A stretch of 64,000 nt of DNA. Source: Setoptus koraiensis (Eukaryota > Animalia > Arthropoda). Shown piece by piece: positions 12,348 to 22,476 of this stretch. Position numbers and translations under genes: made by a program. The stretch lies in assembly GCA_048013815.1 (NCBI GenBank), contig CM106585.1:5828001-5892000 (forward strand), read 5' to 3'. The notes below the pieces were generated by a model. The model ran no database searches. It had not been told where the DNA came from and saw only the letters and a program-made list of their open reading frames with translations. The first letter of the stretch is position 1; the number at the start of each line of letters is the position of its first letter.

Positions 12348-12659
12348 TTGTTCCGAAACTTCCTCTTTTTCTCTCCCGCATTATATGACATCGGTGCGCA
12401 ATCTTCGAAACAAGCCAACATCTGAGTCTTTGTCTGTGAAAATTTTCATATCCATCACATCTTATAGGTGTTTGTTGGTGAACAACAATATCCCTTCACA
12501 AATAATAGTATTAGCACCACAAACAATTTTTGTTCTTATCTCGCACGAGTCAGTAACAAAGTTCAAACATGGCACCTCGACAAGCTTTTCCCGCTTCAGT
12601 CTCTTTAAATTACTATTGAGTATCCCAAAGTCGAAAGCGCCAGGATGATCGAAATTGTA
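12348..12659 (-). pseudogene. UCKL1: Uridine-cytidine kinase (UCKL1/UCK-like) pseudogene fragment
   Basis: One minus frame reads YNFDHPGAFDFGILNSNLKRLKREKLVEVPCLNFVTDS...[48 protein letters not shown], collinear with the UCK domain. In-frame TAA at 12464-12462 and 12383-12381. Confidence 0.85.
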
Positions 12660-13084
12660 AAAAATGTGATAGGTGTTAACTGTTTATGGCCCCGAAACCA
12701 GTATAGCTGAAGAAACTTGAAGTTTATTCAACTACCAACTTATTGCATGCAGGATTCGAGCAGCTTCGAGTGGTGCCTGGAGTGTGCGCCCCCTGGTACG
12801 GGATCATTGCAGAAACAAAAAAACAAAAACAGGAGCCAGCAATACTGACCCATTCACAAGGAATTGTCAGTGGCGGCACATTGGCGTTGAATCCTTGGAA
12901 TCTCTATTCGGTGCTGATAAATAGCGCTTTAATTGCCTCAAATGAGAAGAAAAGTAACCTTTATGAAAAACAGCCCTCGTGATGACATCCATTTAAGTCT
13001 GCAACACAGACACCAACATCAGACAATCCGAATGTGTTGTGATTATTTTTACGAATACGTTTGATGTGATCAGTCATATCTGGA

Positions 13085-15136
13085 ATGGAGGATACAGTTT
13101 CGGTGGAATCAGTTCTCAGCTCATTTGGTAGAAAAGGCCCCATTGACGTCCAAAGAGCTAGACTGCCTATTTTTAAATTCAAGAGAGACCTTTTATATCT
13201 CCTGGAAAGGCACCAAGTTGTCGTCATCAAAGGCGAGACAGGATCGGGTAAATCGACACAGATACCTCAATATTTGGTGGAGGCAGGTTGGCATATTGGC
13301 AAGGAATCGGCGAACAAGCAACCCTTTAACAGTCGTGCCATATGCATTAGTCAGCCTAGACGTCTGTCGGCAATTGCCCTTGCCAAGCGAGTGGCCGAAG
13401 AGACAAACTCTGCAATTGGATATCAAGTGGGATATGCAGTCCGTCTTGATGCCTGCTTCAACAAAGATCTAACCTGCATTAAGTATGTCACCGACGGTCT
13501 ACTTATCAGAGAAATGATGTCAGATCCTTTGCTAGACAAATATTCTGTTGTCGTAGTGGACGAAGCGCATGAAAGGAATATTAACACTGACTTGCTGATT
13601 GGATTACTGAAGCGAGTATTGAAGCGTCGCGAAGATTTAAGAGTAATTATATGCTCCGCTACACTAGATACCGATAGATTTGTCAGCTTTTTCTCCACAG
13701 ACAATACCAAGCTTGCACCTAGCGTCCTTTGTGTGGAAGGCAGATCTCATCAATGTGAAATATTCTATACAGAGAATCCCGTAGCAGATTATGTGAACGC
13801 CAGCGTGGAAACTGCAATAAAGATACACGAAATGAATAGTTTGACATCAGGTGATATTCTCATCTTTCTAACAGGTCAAGAGGAAATAGAGCAGGCCATG
13901 CCTATGTTGTTTGATTATTCTCGGTCTACGAGAGATAGAGTTGACTTGAAAAAACTCGTTGTGTTACCACTGTATGCATCACTCCCACATAAGGAAATTG
14001 CCAAAGTCTTCGAGAAAGCACATCAAGACTATAGAAAATGTATAATAGCGACTAATGTAGCTGAGACTTCACTGACGATAGACGGTGTAGCGTTTGTGAT
14101 TGATTGTGGATTTGTCAAGTTGAAGATTTATAACTCTATAACTAGATCTGATAGCTTAGTGAGAGTGCCCATTTCTAAAGCCGCTGCCGAACAAAGGGCA
14201 GGTAGAGCTGGTAGAACTCGAGATGGCCAGACATTTAGATTATATTCAGAGGAATCATACGAGCTTCTCAATCCTTTCACTGTACCTGAGGTACAACGTT
14301 GCTCTCTAAATAGCACCATCTTACAACTTTTGTCCATTGGTGTGGCCAATATAGCTAAATTTGAACTGCCTACTAAAATGCCCACCAGAAATGTTTACTC
14401 CGCATTGGAGCATCTTTTTGCACTAGGAGCAATAAACTCGGATGGAGAACTTACTTTTGATGGAACAATGATGTCGGAATTGCCACTGGACCCACAATCA
14501 TCAAAATTACTCCTTGAGTCCCCTCGATACAATTGTAGCCGAGAGGCGCTTGTGATGTTATCCATTTTACAGAGTGGCAATATATTCTTGAAGCCATCAA
14601 GTGGACATCATGCCATCAAAGCAAAAAATGCACACATGGCACTTTATGCTGAAGAAGGCGATTTAATAACTTATCTAAACATCTATAATAGCTTTGTAGA
14701 TAGCAGAAAAAGTAAAAAGTGGGCCGAGAAAAATTACCTCAATTACAGCTCGTTATTGAGAGCTGATGAAATTCAAAAAAAGCTGAGAACGATGTTGGCT
14801 AGATTTAAAATCAAAGATTCATCAACTGACAACACTGATATGATCCGCAAATGTCTGGTAAGTGGTTATTTTGCTAATGCAGCCTACTTACACCACGACG
14901 GAAATTATAGAACAATAAGAGGAGATCACGTACTTCGCGTACATCCAACGTCAGTGATAGATAGCCTACATGAAAGGCCAAAATATGTGATATTTACGGA
15001 AGTCCTTCACACAACTAAAGAATATATGAATAATATAGTCTCTGTGGAGGCGGAATGGCTATACAATATAGCTCCCAACTATTATCACTTCGGCACCGAA
15101 TTCGAAAAGCTGAGACATAAACCACTGAATAAATAA
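13085..15136 (+). CDS. DHX35: DEAH-box RNA helicase DHX35, single exon
   Basis: GETGSGKSTQIPQYLVEAGW, DEAH, SAT, TNVAETSLT and QRAGRAGR motifs; C-terminal YRTIRGDHVLRVHPTSV is typical of DHX35. Confidence 0.9.
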   Translation: MEDTVSVESVLSSFGRKGPIDVQRARLPIFKFKRDLLYLLERHQVVVIKGETGSGKSTQIPQYLVEAGWHIGKESANKQPFNSRAICISQPRRLSAIALAKRVAEETNSAIGYQVGYAVRLDACFNKDLTCIKYVTDGLLIREMMSDPLLDKYSVVVVDEAHERNINTDLLIGLLKRVLKRREDLRVIICSATLDTDRFVSFFSTDNTKLAPSVLCVEGRSHQCEIFYTENPVADYVNASVETAIKIHEMNSLTSGDILIFLTGQEEIEQAMPMLFDYSRSTRDRVDLKKLVVLPLYASLPHKEIAKVFEKAHQDYRKCIIATNVAETSLTIDGVAFVIDCGFVKLKIYNSITRSDSLVRVPISKAAAEQRAGRAGRTRDGQTFRLYSEESYELLNPFTVPEVQRCSLNSTILQLLSIGVANIAKFELPTKMPTRNVYSALEHLFALGAINSDGELTFDGTMMSELPLDPQSSKLLLESPRYNCSREALVMLSILQSGNIFLKPSSGHHAIKAKNAHMALYAEEGDLITYLNIYNSFVDSRKSKKWAEKNYLNYSSLLRADEIQKKLRTMLARFKIKDSSTDNTDMIRKCLVSGYFANAAYLHHDGNYRTIRGDHVLRVHPTSVIDSLHERPKYVIFTEVLHTTKEYMNNIVSVEAEWLYNIAPNYYHFGTEFEKLRHKPLNK

Positions 15137-15454
15137 AGGACTTCATTATTATCATCATAAATATTATTGATCTGACTAATAAAAACTTTGACTCGCAACG
15201 TAGAATAATCTGTAGAAACTTGACTACTTGCATCTCACATTCTATGCAGTGAATTGCGACATTTCTGTGCAACAAGCGCGGTACGAAATAAACGAAAGCC
15301 AAGACACAAAATGGCAAGATCATGATGACGAATGAGAAAAAAACAAAAACAGGAAAAACTCTATTCCTTTGTGTCATGTCATCATTATTTTATTATCATC
15401 ACCTATCATTATCTATCATTATTCTATTACCGATCCAGACATCACCATCACAAT

Positions 15455-15455
<1 letters not shown>

Positions 15456-15494
<39 letters not shown>
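15456..15494. repeat. (CAACAG)n hexamer repeat immediately 5' of the ATG
   Basis: Read directly; abuts ATG 15495. Confidence 0.85.
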
Positions 15495-15495
<1 letters not shown>

Positions 15496-17323
15496 TGGCA
15501 GCTCGATACCCCGATGAGCTGAATCCGTTCGGCGAGGACTGCGACGATCGATCTCCAAAGCACCACCTGAAGACGACACCTCGCACCCGAAAATCACCCT
15601 CAAGTGCCGGCCATCGTATGACCAAAAAACCAACTTATTACCCAGAACAATTGAATCCGTTCGATATTGACGATATAGCCGAGGATACCAATGACGACGA
15701 CAACTATGATAATAGTTTCAATCCTTTTGCAGCAGAATTAGATGCAGGCGTTGATAACACATCCAAGGTCGATTATGATGAAACGCTGAATCCTTTCGAT
15801 GAGGACAATGGGGAGCCGGGCAGCATCCAACGAGTAGACAACAGTCTCGATCATAATAGAAAAGCGAAACGATGTACACCGGAACTATCATCGGCGACAT
15901 GCCTGTCCCACGATGGTTCGATAACAGATGTAAGCGATGACGCTAGGCCTAAACCGTTTCCGAGAATAAAAAGTCGATTGAAAAAAGAAAGAAAGCTTGC
16001 CGAGGAAAGAAAATTAAATGCATCGCAAGATCAAAGCGTGCCAGAAGAATCGCGGGATGACGGAGCAAGTTTATCTGGCAAGATTGCCGAGCCAGCGAAG
16101 GCCACCGAGACAACGGCAAATCCTAGTTCCAATATTGAGAAGGGTTTCGTGGTTGAAAACAATCAAGATTCCCATGGCAGTAATATAAATCAGAAGGAAA
16201 ACTTGATCAATGGAAGCGTAAAAAGGTTTGAACGACGTCACGATGATAGAAATGCCGCTCTCTGGAGAAAAATAAGTCTCAAAAAGAGAGCGGCTCCTCC
16301 TTTGCCGGTAAACTTTAAACGCCAAGTGTTTGGCTCACTAGTCGAAATTGAGGCGGAACTCAATGAAATCGGAGACAAGTTACTGGACATTGAAGAGCGG
16401 TTTCCGGTTTGCGAGGCAAAGATGCTTGAGGAGCACTCGAAGACGAACGGTAATTATGCAATTAAATGTAACGACATCTTACCATATTACATCCTTTCGC
16501 AAAAAGGTTAGTGTGTATTCAACATGTTTCATTTTCTGCCTCTGCATAATTAGATTCACCCAGAACTAAACCAGCCGATACTGACACTTCTAATAGGCTT
16601 CACTTCATTGAGTTAGTGAAGGAAAAATGCGACTTGGCAAGAAGACAAAAGAATCTTATGTATAAAAAAAGGGAACATATTTTAGATCAATCGCATTCTG
16701 ATTTCGAGTTCGAGCTTCGCATGATTGGGAACAAGCAGGGTATGTTATAATATCTGTGTCTTAGAATAAATAGTTGTTGATTGACCTAATTACTAACCGA
16801 TTGATTTTTTATCCCAATCAACAGCTTCACACAGGACAGACCAAGACGATCAGCGGGAACAAGAACTTCTCAAGAGACTGGTTGAGATTATAGAGGAAAA
16901 GAATGATATCGTTGAAAATTTGACCAAAGATAATTCGATCAGGTAAGTGCAGCTTATCACAACACCATGCATAACAAACTAGTTGTAAACTAATAATAAC
17001 TTTCTTCTTCCCTAATTCGTTTGCACAGTGATGAAGACGAGCTCAATGAAGCCTTGAAACGACTGGATATTAGGTCACCGTCAGGCGGAAGTTTCTTGGA
17101 TCAGTCAGCAGAAGACTGTGATAGAAAAACTGCTAGATTCAATTTTGACCAAGCATCTCATGATGTGAGCATATCAAAGCAGGATAAGTCCAAGAACAAG
17201 CACCGTCCATCCACAACAAAAGCGTTAAAAACCTTGAAAAAATATGGCAAAGTGGTTGTAAAGATGAGTAAGAAAGACAATGATAATACGCCGGAAACTA
17301 AAGTGACTAAAACTCCCCTGTAA
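15495..17323 (+). CDS. MICAL-like/EHBP1-type protein: four NPF motifs, Pro-rich motif and bMERB (DUF3585) coiled coil
   Basis: Four Y-x-x-x-(L/F)-NPF motifs, KKRAAPPLP, IEAELNEIGDKL and FIELVKEKCDLARRQKNLMY bMERB-like helices. Exons 15495-16449, 16575-16739, 16825-16942, 17029-17323 with phase-consistent GT-AG introns. Confidence 0.8.
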
Positions 17324-17446
17324 AGTATATATATTTTTGTTTGTATCGTAGATTTGAAAGGCCACGGTCGTTATGGTAGTATCGATTGTTTCACTAATCT
17401 AGAATTGGCAGCAACGAAAAAATCGACAACAAAAGCAGCCTTTATT

Positions 17447-17641
17447 AACTGTCGACACTGATATAATCGGCAGACGTTTGGCTAGTGGTTATCTTTCTAA
17501 TGCAGCCTACTTACACCACAACGGAAATCATAGAACAAATAGAGGGAATCACGTACTTCGCTTCCATCCGACGTCATTGATAGATAGCCCACATGATAGG
17601 CCTAAATAAGTGATGTTTACTTTACTTATGTGATATTTACG
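17447..17641 (+). pseudogene. Decayed partial duplicate of the DHX35 3' coding region
   Basis: Gap-free alignment by eye to about 14824-15000 (for example the shared ctaatgcagcctacttacaccac). Carries many amino-acid changes and TAT>TAA. Confidence 0.9.
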
Positions 17642-17788
17642 TAACTAACTAATCGAAACTTCGACAAGATAAAATATCTTCGACAGAGTTTCACTAGATG
17701 GACTACGGTGTAACTTTTTCTGAACAGTGTTTATTCAAACTGACTAAATTGGCTGGTCTAACAAGGTTATAAGTTATATGTTGCCAGA

Positions 17789-18748
17789 CTATGCTGATTT
17801 GCTAACGAATTCCTCTCCCTTAGCGATACTTGCTTTGAGTTCGGCTGTTGCTTCTTTGACCATTTTTTCCTCATAGGCATTCAATTTTCCAAGGCCAAGA
17901 TTCTTTTCTAGACCATTCTTACCCAACAGAACTGGAGTAGAAAAGTATGTAAGACCTGGAACTACATCAGATTTTACATATGAGCATTCAACAACATTTT
18001 GTTCTCCGCTCAGCGCTCTCAATAGAGAGAAAGTAAATCTTGCACCAGCGTATGCCATTGAAAGAGTTGCTGATCCAGTGCCAGCTTTTGCTTTCACAAC
18101 CTCTGTTCCGGCATCTTGAATACGTTTCACCAGTGGTTCTAATTGATCTTGAGGGAATGAAACACTTGGTTTGGCTTGAGAAATAACTGGGATGATGGTT
18201 ACGCCAGCATGGCCACCAATAACGGGTACATTCATCTCACTAGGTTCAACATTTTTCAGTTCGCCAATAAAAGCGTTTGCTCTAACAACATCCAACGTGG
18301 TTACACCAAATATTCGGTGTGGGTCATAAGAGCCAACTTTCTTAGCCACCTCGGAGGCGATTGGTACAGTTGAGTTTACTGGATTCGAGATTATGGCCAG
18401 CATAGCTTTGGGTGCCACCTCAGCGCAGACCTTGGTCAGGTCCCTTACAATTGAAGCGTTAGTATTGAATAAGTCGTCACGGGTCATACCGGGTTTACGC
18501 GGGACACCAGCTGGTATAACTATAACATGTGCGCCTCGAACACAATCTGCTAATTGGTCTAAACCCTGATGAGCCGATACTCTGGCCTTGGTATTGATAT
18601 GGCTGAGATCCGCCGCTACGCCAGCTGTGTTGGCGACATCGTAAAGTGCTAGATGAGATACTTGAGGGCTCGCTTTGAGTAATAGAGATAGTGGTTGTCC
18701 AATTCCACCGCTCGCTCCCAATACTGCAACCTTGCTGATGAAACTCAT
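17789..18748 (-). CDS. MDH2: Malate dehydrogenase, mitochondrial type
   Basis: [52 protein letters not shown] and [15 protein letters not shown] motifs. Confidence 0.97.
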   Translation of the reverse strand: MSFISKVAVLGASGGIGQPLSLLLKASPQVSHLALYDVANTAGVAADLSHINTKARVSAHQGLDQLADCVRGAHVIVIPAGVPRKPGMTRDDLFNTNASIVRDLTKVCAEVAPKAMLAIISNPVNSTVPIASEVAKKVGSYDPHRIFGVTTLDVVRANAFIGELKNVEPSEMNVPVIGGHAGVTIIPVISQAKPSVSFPQDQLEPLVKRIQDAGTEVVKAKAGTGSATLSMAYAGARFTFSLLRALSGEQNVVECSYVKSDVVPGLTYFSTPVLLGKNGLEKNLGLGKLNAYEEKMVKEATAELKASIAKGEEFVSKSA

Positions 18749-19328
18749 GACGATGAGACTATTTTTTATTTATTATCCTATAAAATAAAACAATTGTAAA
18801 TGATTTGGTTGTTTATCGAATGATACAAGCTGGGCTAAGAACGAACGACTTTGTAGATCGAATACAGACAGGAGTGTGACATTGAATGTAAAAGTGACAT
18901 TGACGTCCTCGAGTCACTCTAAGCACGTCTCCTTGCCACCTTGAAAAACGACAAAAAAATAAGTAGATGTAGATGCAAGCTGCCATTTCTGGGCGAGACG
19001 TGTCGTTGTAGTCGCCCTCTCAAGTGTTTCGCCTTGGACGACTACGATATTCGCCCTCTATCGTTTGAAACTTCTACTTTGAAACTCTCGCTCGATCGGC
19101 TTGTTCTCGCCTCATGGGACGTAAGTCGAGAGCGCGGATTTTCAAAACGAATCAAATCGTCGTCGAACACGTTGTTTATTTAAAAGACCACATGGTTCGC
19201 CAGTGCGCTTCGAACCACAAATAGTGTATCGTTCATCACGCCACCTTGGATCCGTAGCACCATCCATATTTCTGTTTGTACCATCCAATCAATTTATCAC
19301 GAGGCGAATAGTATTAAATATTTCCAAA

Positions 19329-20153
19329 ATGCCTAATTACTGGAAAAAAATGAAAAAACAGCAGGAGCCAGAACTGGTTGAAGGCGAAAAAAACACTCTG
19401 TTCATCAAAGGATTCACGGCCAATGATCTGACTCAGAAGGTGATGAAGGATCTGTATTCACTGAAAAAACCTGCAGGTGCCTTCCTTGGTAGGAAGAATG
19501 TTATCAAACCTTTTGACGATGCCTCCCCAATAGAATTCCTATGTCAAAAAAACGACTCTTCACTATTTATGTTTTCATCACACAGCAAAAAGAGACCGAA
19601 TAACATTACCATGGGTCGCACTTTCGATGGACAATTACTTGACATGGTAGAATTTGGTGTGGACTCATACAAACCAATCTCGGAATTCAAGACCTCCAAG
19701 CTATCTCTAGGATCTAAACCTATTTTGATATTCACGGGCGAGCCGTTTGAAACCGAATACGAAATGATACGAATCAAAAATCTTTTAAATGATATTTTCT
19801 GTGGTCCTGTTGCCAACAATATCCGTATAGGAGGTATAGAGCATGTTATAATGTTCGCAGCTTATTCAGGAAAAATCCATATGAGATTGTATATAATCGA
19901 GCAGAAGAAAGTAGCCGGTGCGACAAAACCAATCGTTTCTACGACTGAGATGGGACCACGTATAGAATTTAGTGTCAGAAGAACTAAACTTGCTAGTTAT
20001 GATCACTTCAAACAAGCCTGCAAACAAAAAGAAAAGGCTCCTAAGTCGTCGGCCAAAAACAAGAACATCTCTACCGACGGACTTGGCGAAACTAGAGGCA
20101 AAATTCACATTGGTCATCAAGATTTTAGCAAGATGTATAATGTTAAATATTGA
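19329..20153 (+). CDS. RPF2: Ribosome production factor 2 (Brix domain)
   Basis: PFDDASPIEFLCQKNDSSLFMFSSHSKKRPNNITMGR, KPILIFTGEPF and EMGPRIEF motifs. First ATG in frame is at 19329. Confidence 0.93.
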   Translation: MPNYWKKMKKQQEPELVEGEKNTLFIKGFTANDLTQKVMKDLYSLKKPAGAFLGRKNVIKPFDDASPIEFLCQKNDSSLFMFSSHSKKRPNNITMGRTFDGQLLDMVEFGVDSYKPISEFKTSKLSLGSKPILIFTGEPFETEYEMIRIKNLLNDIFCGPVANNIRIGGIEHVIMFAAYSGKIHMRLYIIEQKKVAGATKPIVSTTEMGPRIEFSVRRTKLASYDHFKQACKQKEKAPKSSAKNKNISTDGLGETRGKIHIGHQDFSKMYNVKY

Positions 20154-20314
20154 TTGTAAATAAATTTAGAAGACACTTATTACATTGTTGCAAAGTTTTT
20201 ATTGCTGTGGTGGTATTGGCCTGTCTCTGAAGTCGGCTACTTTATTGATATTTTGTGTACATGATTGTTGGTGCCATGTGAAAAACTGTCTCTTGGATTG
20301 TGATTGAACTTGGA

Positions 20315-20605
20315 TCAGAAATTCTTGAGCAGAGCTTGCTTCTTTTCAGTGATTAGAGCGACTATTGTATTTAATTCCCTCATCTTTTCACTGATTGAAG
20401 CTGATCGTTTTTCAACACCGGCATCGGTTTCCGAAACAACACTCTGTAGATTGGCGGTAAGCTCATCAAAAAGTTGTTTGAGCGCTCCTTCGAGCTCGCT
20501 GCGAATCACCCCAAGTTTGTTATTTTCTTCTTCGCGGACCTTTTCGAATCTAGCAACCGCAGAGTTGTATCTCTCGAGGAATTCTTGTGTCTTGCTGGTG
20601 GTCAT
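20315..20605 (-). CDS. 96-aa coiled-coil protein; candidate SYCE2-like synaptonemal-complex central element protein
   Basis: ATG-initiated, heptad-rich ORF. Hydrophobic pattern aligns by eye with the recalled SYCE2 core. The gene is probably real; the identity is tentative. Confidence 0.65.
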   Translation of the reverse strand: MTTSKTQEFLERYNSAVARFEKVREEENNKLGVIRSELEGALKQLFDELTANLQSVVSETDAGVEKRSASISEKMRELNTIVALITEKKQALLKNF

Positions 20606-21494
20606 GATGAATTGTTATTGAAGTTGTGATGTTGTTGACTGGTTAGTGCAGATGAACGGATATGGATTGAGTGAGCGATGGGTGGTGAAGTTATCTATTG
20701 AAAGCGATTCCACAGAGTAATGAATTGTTGGCGAGTAATTGTTTCAAAGAAATGAGGATTGTCAAAGTTTGTATAAAGTGAACGCAATGCCCGTACAACC
20801 AGATTGTTGGCTAGAAAGGGGAAGCAAAAATGGCACCGATCGAACTTTTGCGCACAAGCGCGCGCTGTTGATTCAACGGCATGCGAAATTGTGATTGTTT
20901 CGCGCAATAGTTCGATTGGCCAGTTACATTGTTGTGTGTTGTCATGGGCGGCCATGATGAGAATGTCGAACACATGGACAAGTCGACAATGGTTCTTTGT
21001 TGGTCGCCTGTGACAATGTGGCAGCTCTGAAAGTTCGACATTTCGCTGGCCACAAAGATTCGAATTTCGAAAGGAAAAATGTCACAGACCGCAGGCTCAC
21101 GCTGACTCATCGGCAATTCGCAGCCCATGCGAATTGGCCAGAACAATTGCTCCTCTGCAGTCAATTCAAACAACAATTCATGATTCTATTGGCGCAACAG
21201 AACGCCGTCTTTTCGCCTGTCCAGATCACTTGTCCGATAAGATATCCGCCCCGATAGGGTGAGGGCGTAAGTGGCGGCAGCAAAAGGGCGCACCGTCAGT
21301 TGGCTCACAGTTGTCAGTCGATAATTTGTTCCACTAATGAGTTTGTTGCATTATGTATTTTAATTAACATTAGTAAGAGACAAGATTAATCTAGCGAAAA
21401 CATCTTCTGTATTTGTACAGCACAATGCATGGTTTTTACATTGACAGTGTAAACTGCACAGTGTGTAACGCGGTGCAGTGTAGTCACTACACCG

Positions 21495-21496
<2 letters not shown>

Positions 21497-21532
<36 letters not shown>
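21497..21532. repeat. (GT)18 microsatellite
   Basis: Read directly. Confidence 0.92.
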
Positions 21533-21533
<1 letters not shown>

Positions 21534-21568
21534 GCTGATCGAGCTGGCAAGGGACACTTGCACAGTTT

Positions 21569-21829
21569 TGCGCTCTGACTCATAAACCTGTGCACACACT
21601 GAACATACTCATCTCATTTCGCAACAACGGTGCTACTATAGCAGCCGCGGCAACCGCAGCAGCAACACTCGAGATGTGCCACATTGTTGTTAGACAATTC
21701 ACAGTAGTGGCGCTACTGCACACTGTGCTAGGACGGTATCTTGCTGAAATGGTTTTGCGCCCTCTCCGGGAGTTTATGAGAACTTTAATTAAATATAAAA
21801 ACACACTCACATGATAGGCAGTGGGCGCA
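21569..21829 (+). promoter_or_regulatory. Cluster of metal response elements (TGCRCNC) with TATA box upstream of the zinc exporter
   Basis: MRE matches at 21569, 21591, 21717, 21756 (+) and 21823 (-); TATAAAA at 21794-21800. Further matches at 20849 and 21286. Confidence 0.7.
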
Positions 21830-22476
21830 CTAGTGTTAGTAGCAAGTCTCAATAGACAGATGATATAGGCAGCAGGCAAGAAATGTTTGTCGCTGTTGTT
21901 GCTCTTTCGCCACAATAGTCTATCAACTTGTAAGAGAGCAAGAGACAGAGATTAACCACCATCAAGTATATATATTTTTCGCTTCTTGTATGGAAATACA
22001 ACAAGTATAAGTTAATAATAATGCAACCACAGCAACAATACTACCATTGACTATAGTTTATTTGTCTGTATAGATACAGTAATTACAGTATAGTATAGTA
22101 GTAGTGCAACAACAAAGTGTAGCATATAGCTGTGCACAACACTGCTGTGGTAGACAACAGCAGCATCCCAGAAGGACTGATGGACATTCTAAGATGATTT
22201 TATTAACGGACAAAGACAATTCAATCAATTCTTATTTATTATTGCAACTATCATCATCACATCACTACTTAATTAGACAGATACTTAGAGGCCTCACTAC
22301 CTAGTGCATAACCCATTGAATGAAATCGTCTGCACTAATCGTAGCACTATTACACAACTATTTAAATTAAATACGCATAGACATTAATCATCGGACAAGG
22401 ACACACCAGGGAGCATAAAATAAACAACAACAATACCAAACAACCAGACGACATCCAAAATATTAGCACCAAAACA

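Noticed and set aside
12743-12982. Plus-strand APWYG resembling the UCKL1 RPPWY motif
   Set aside because: It is on the opposite strand to the pseudogene and too short to be significant.
9676-17323. Functional clustering of two Rab/endosomal recycling genes (TBC1D9 and MICAL-like)
   Set aside because: They are separated by unrelated genes, with no evidence beyond chance adjacency.
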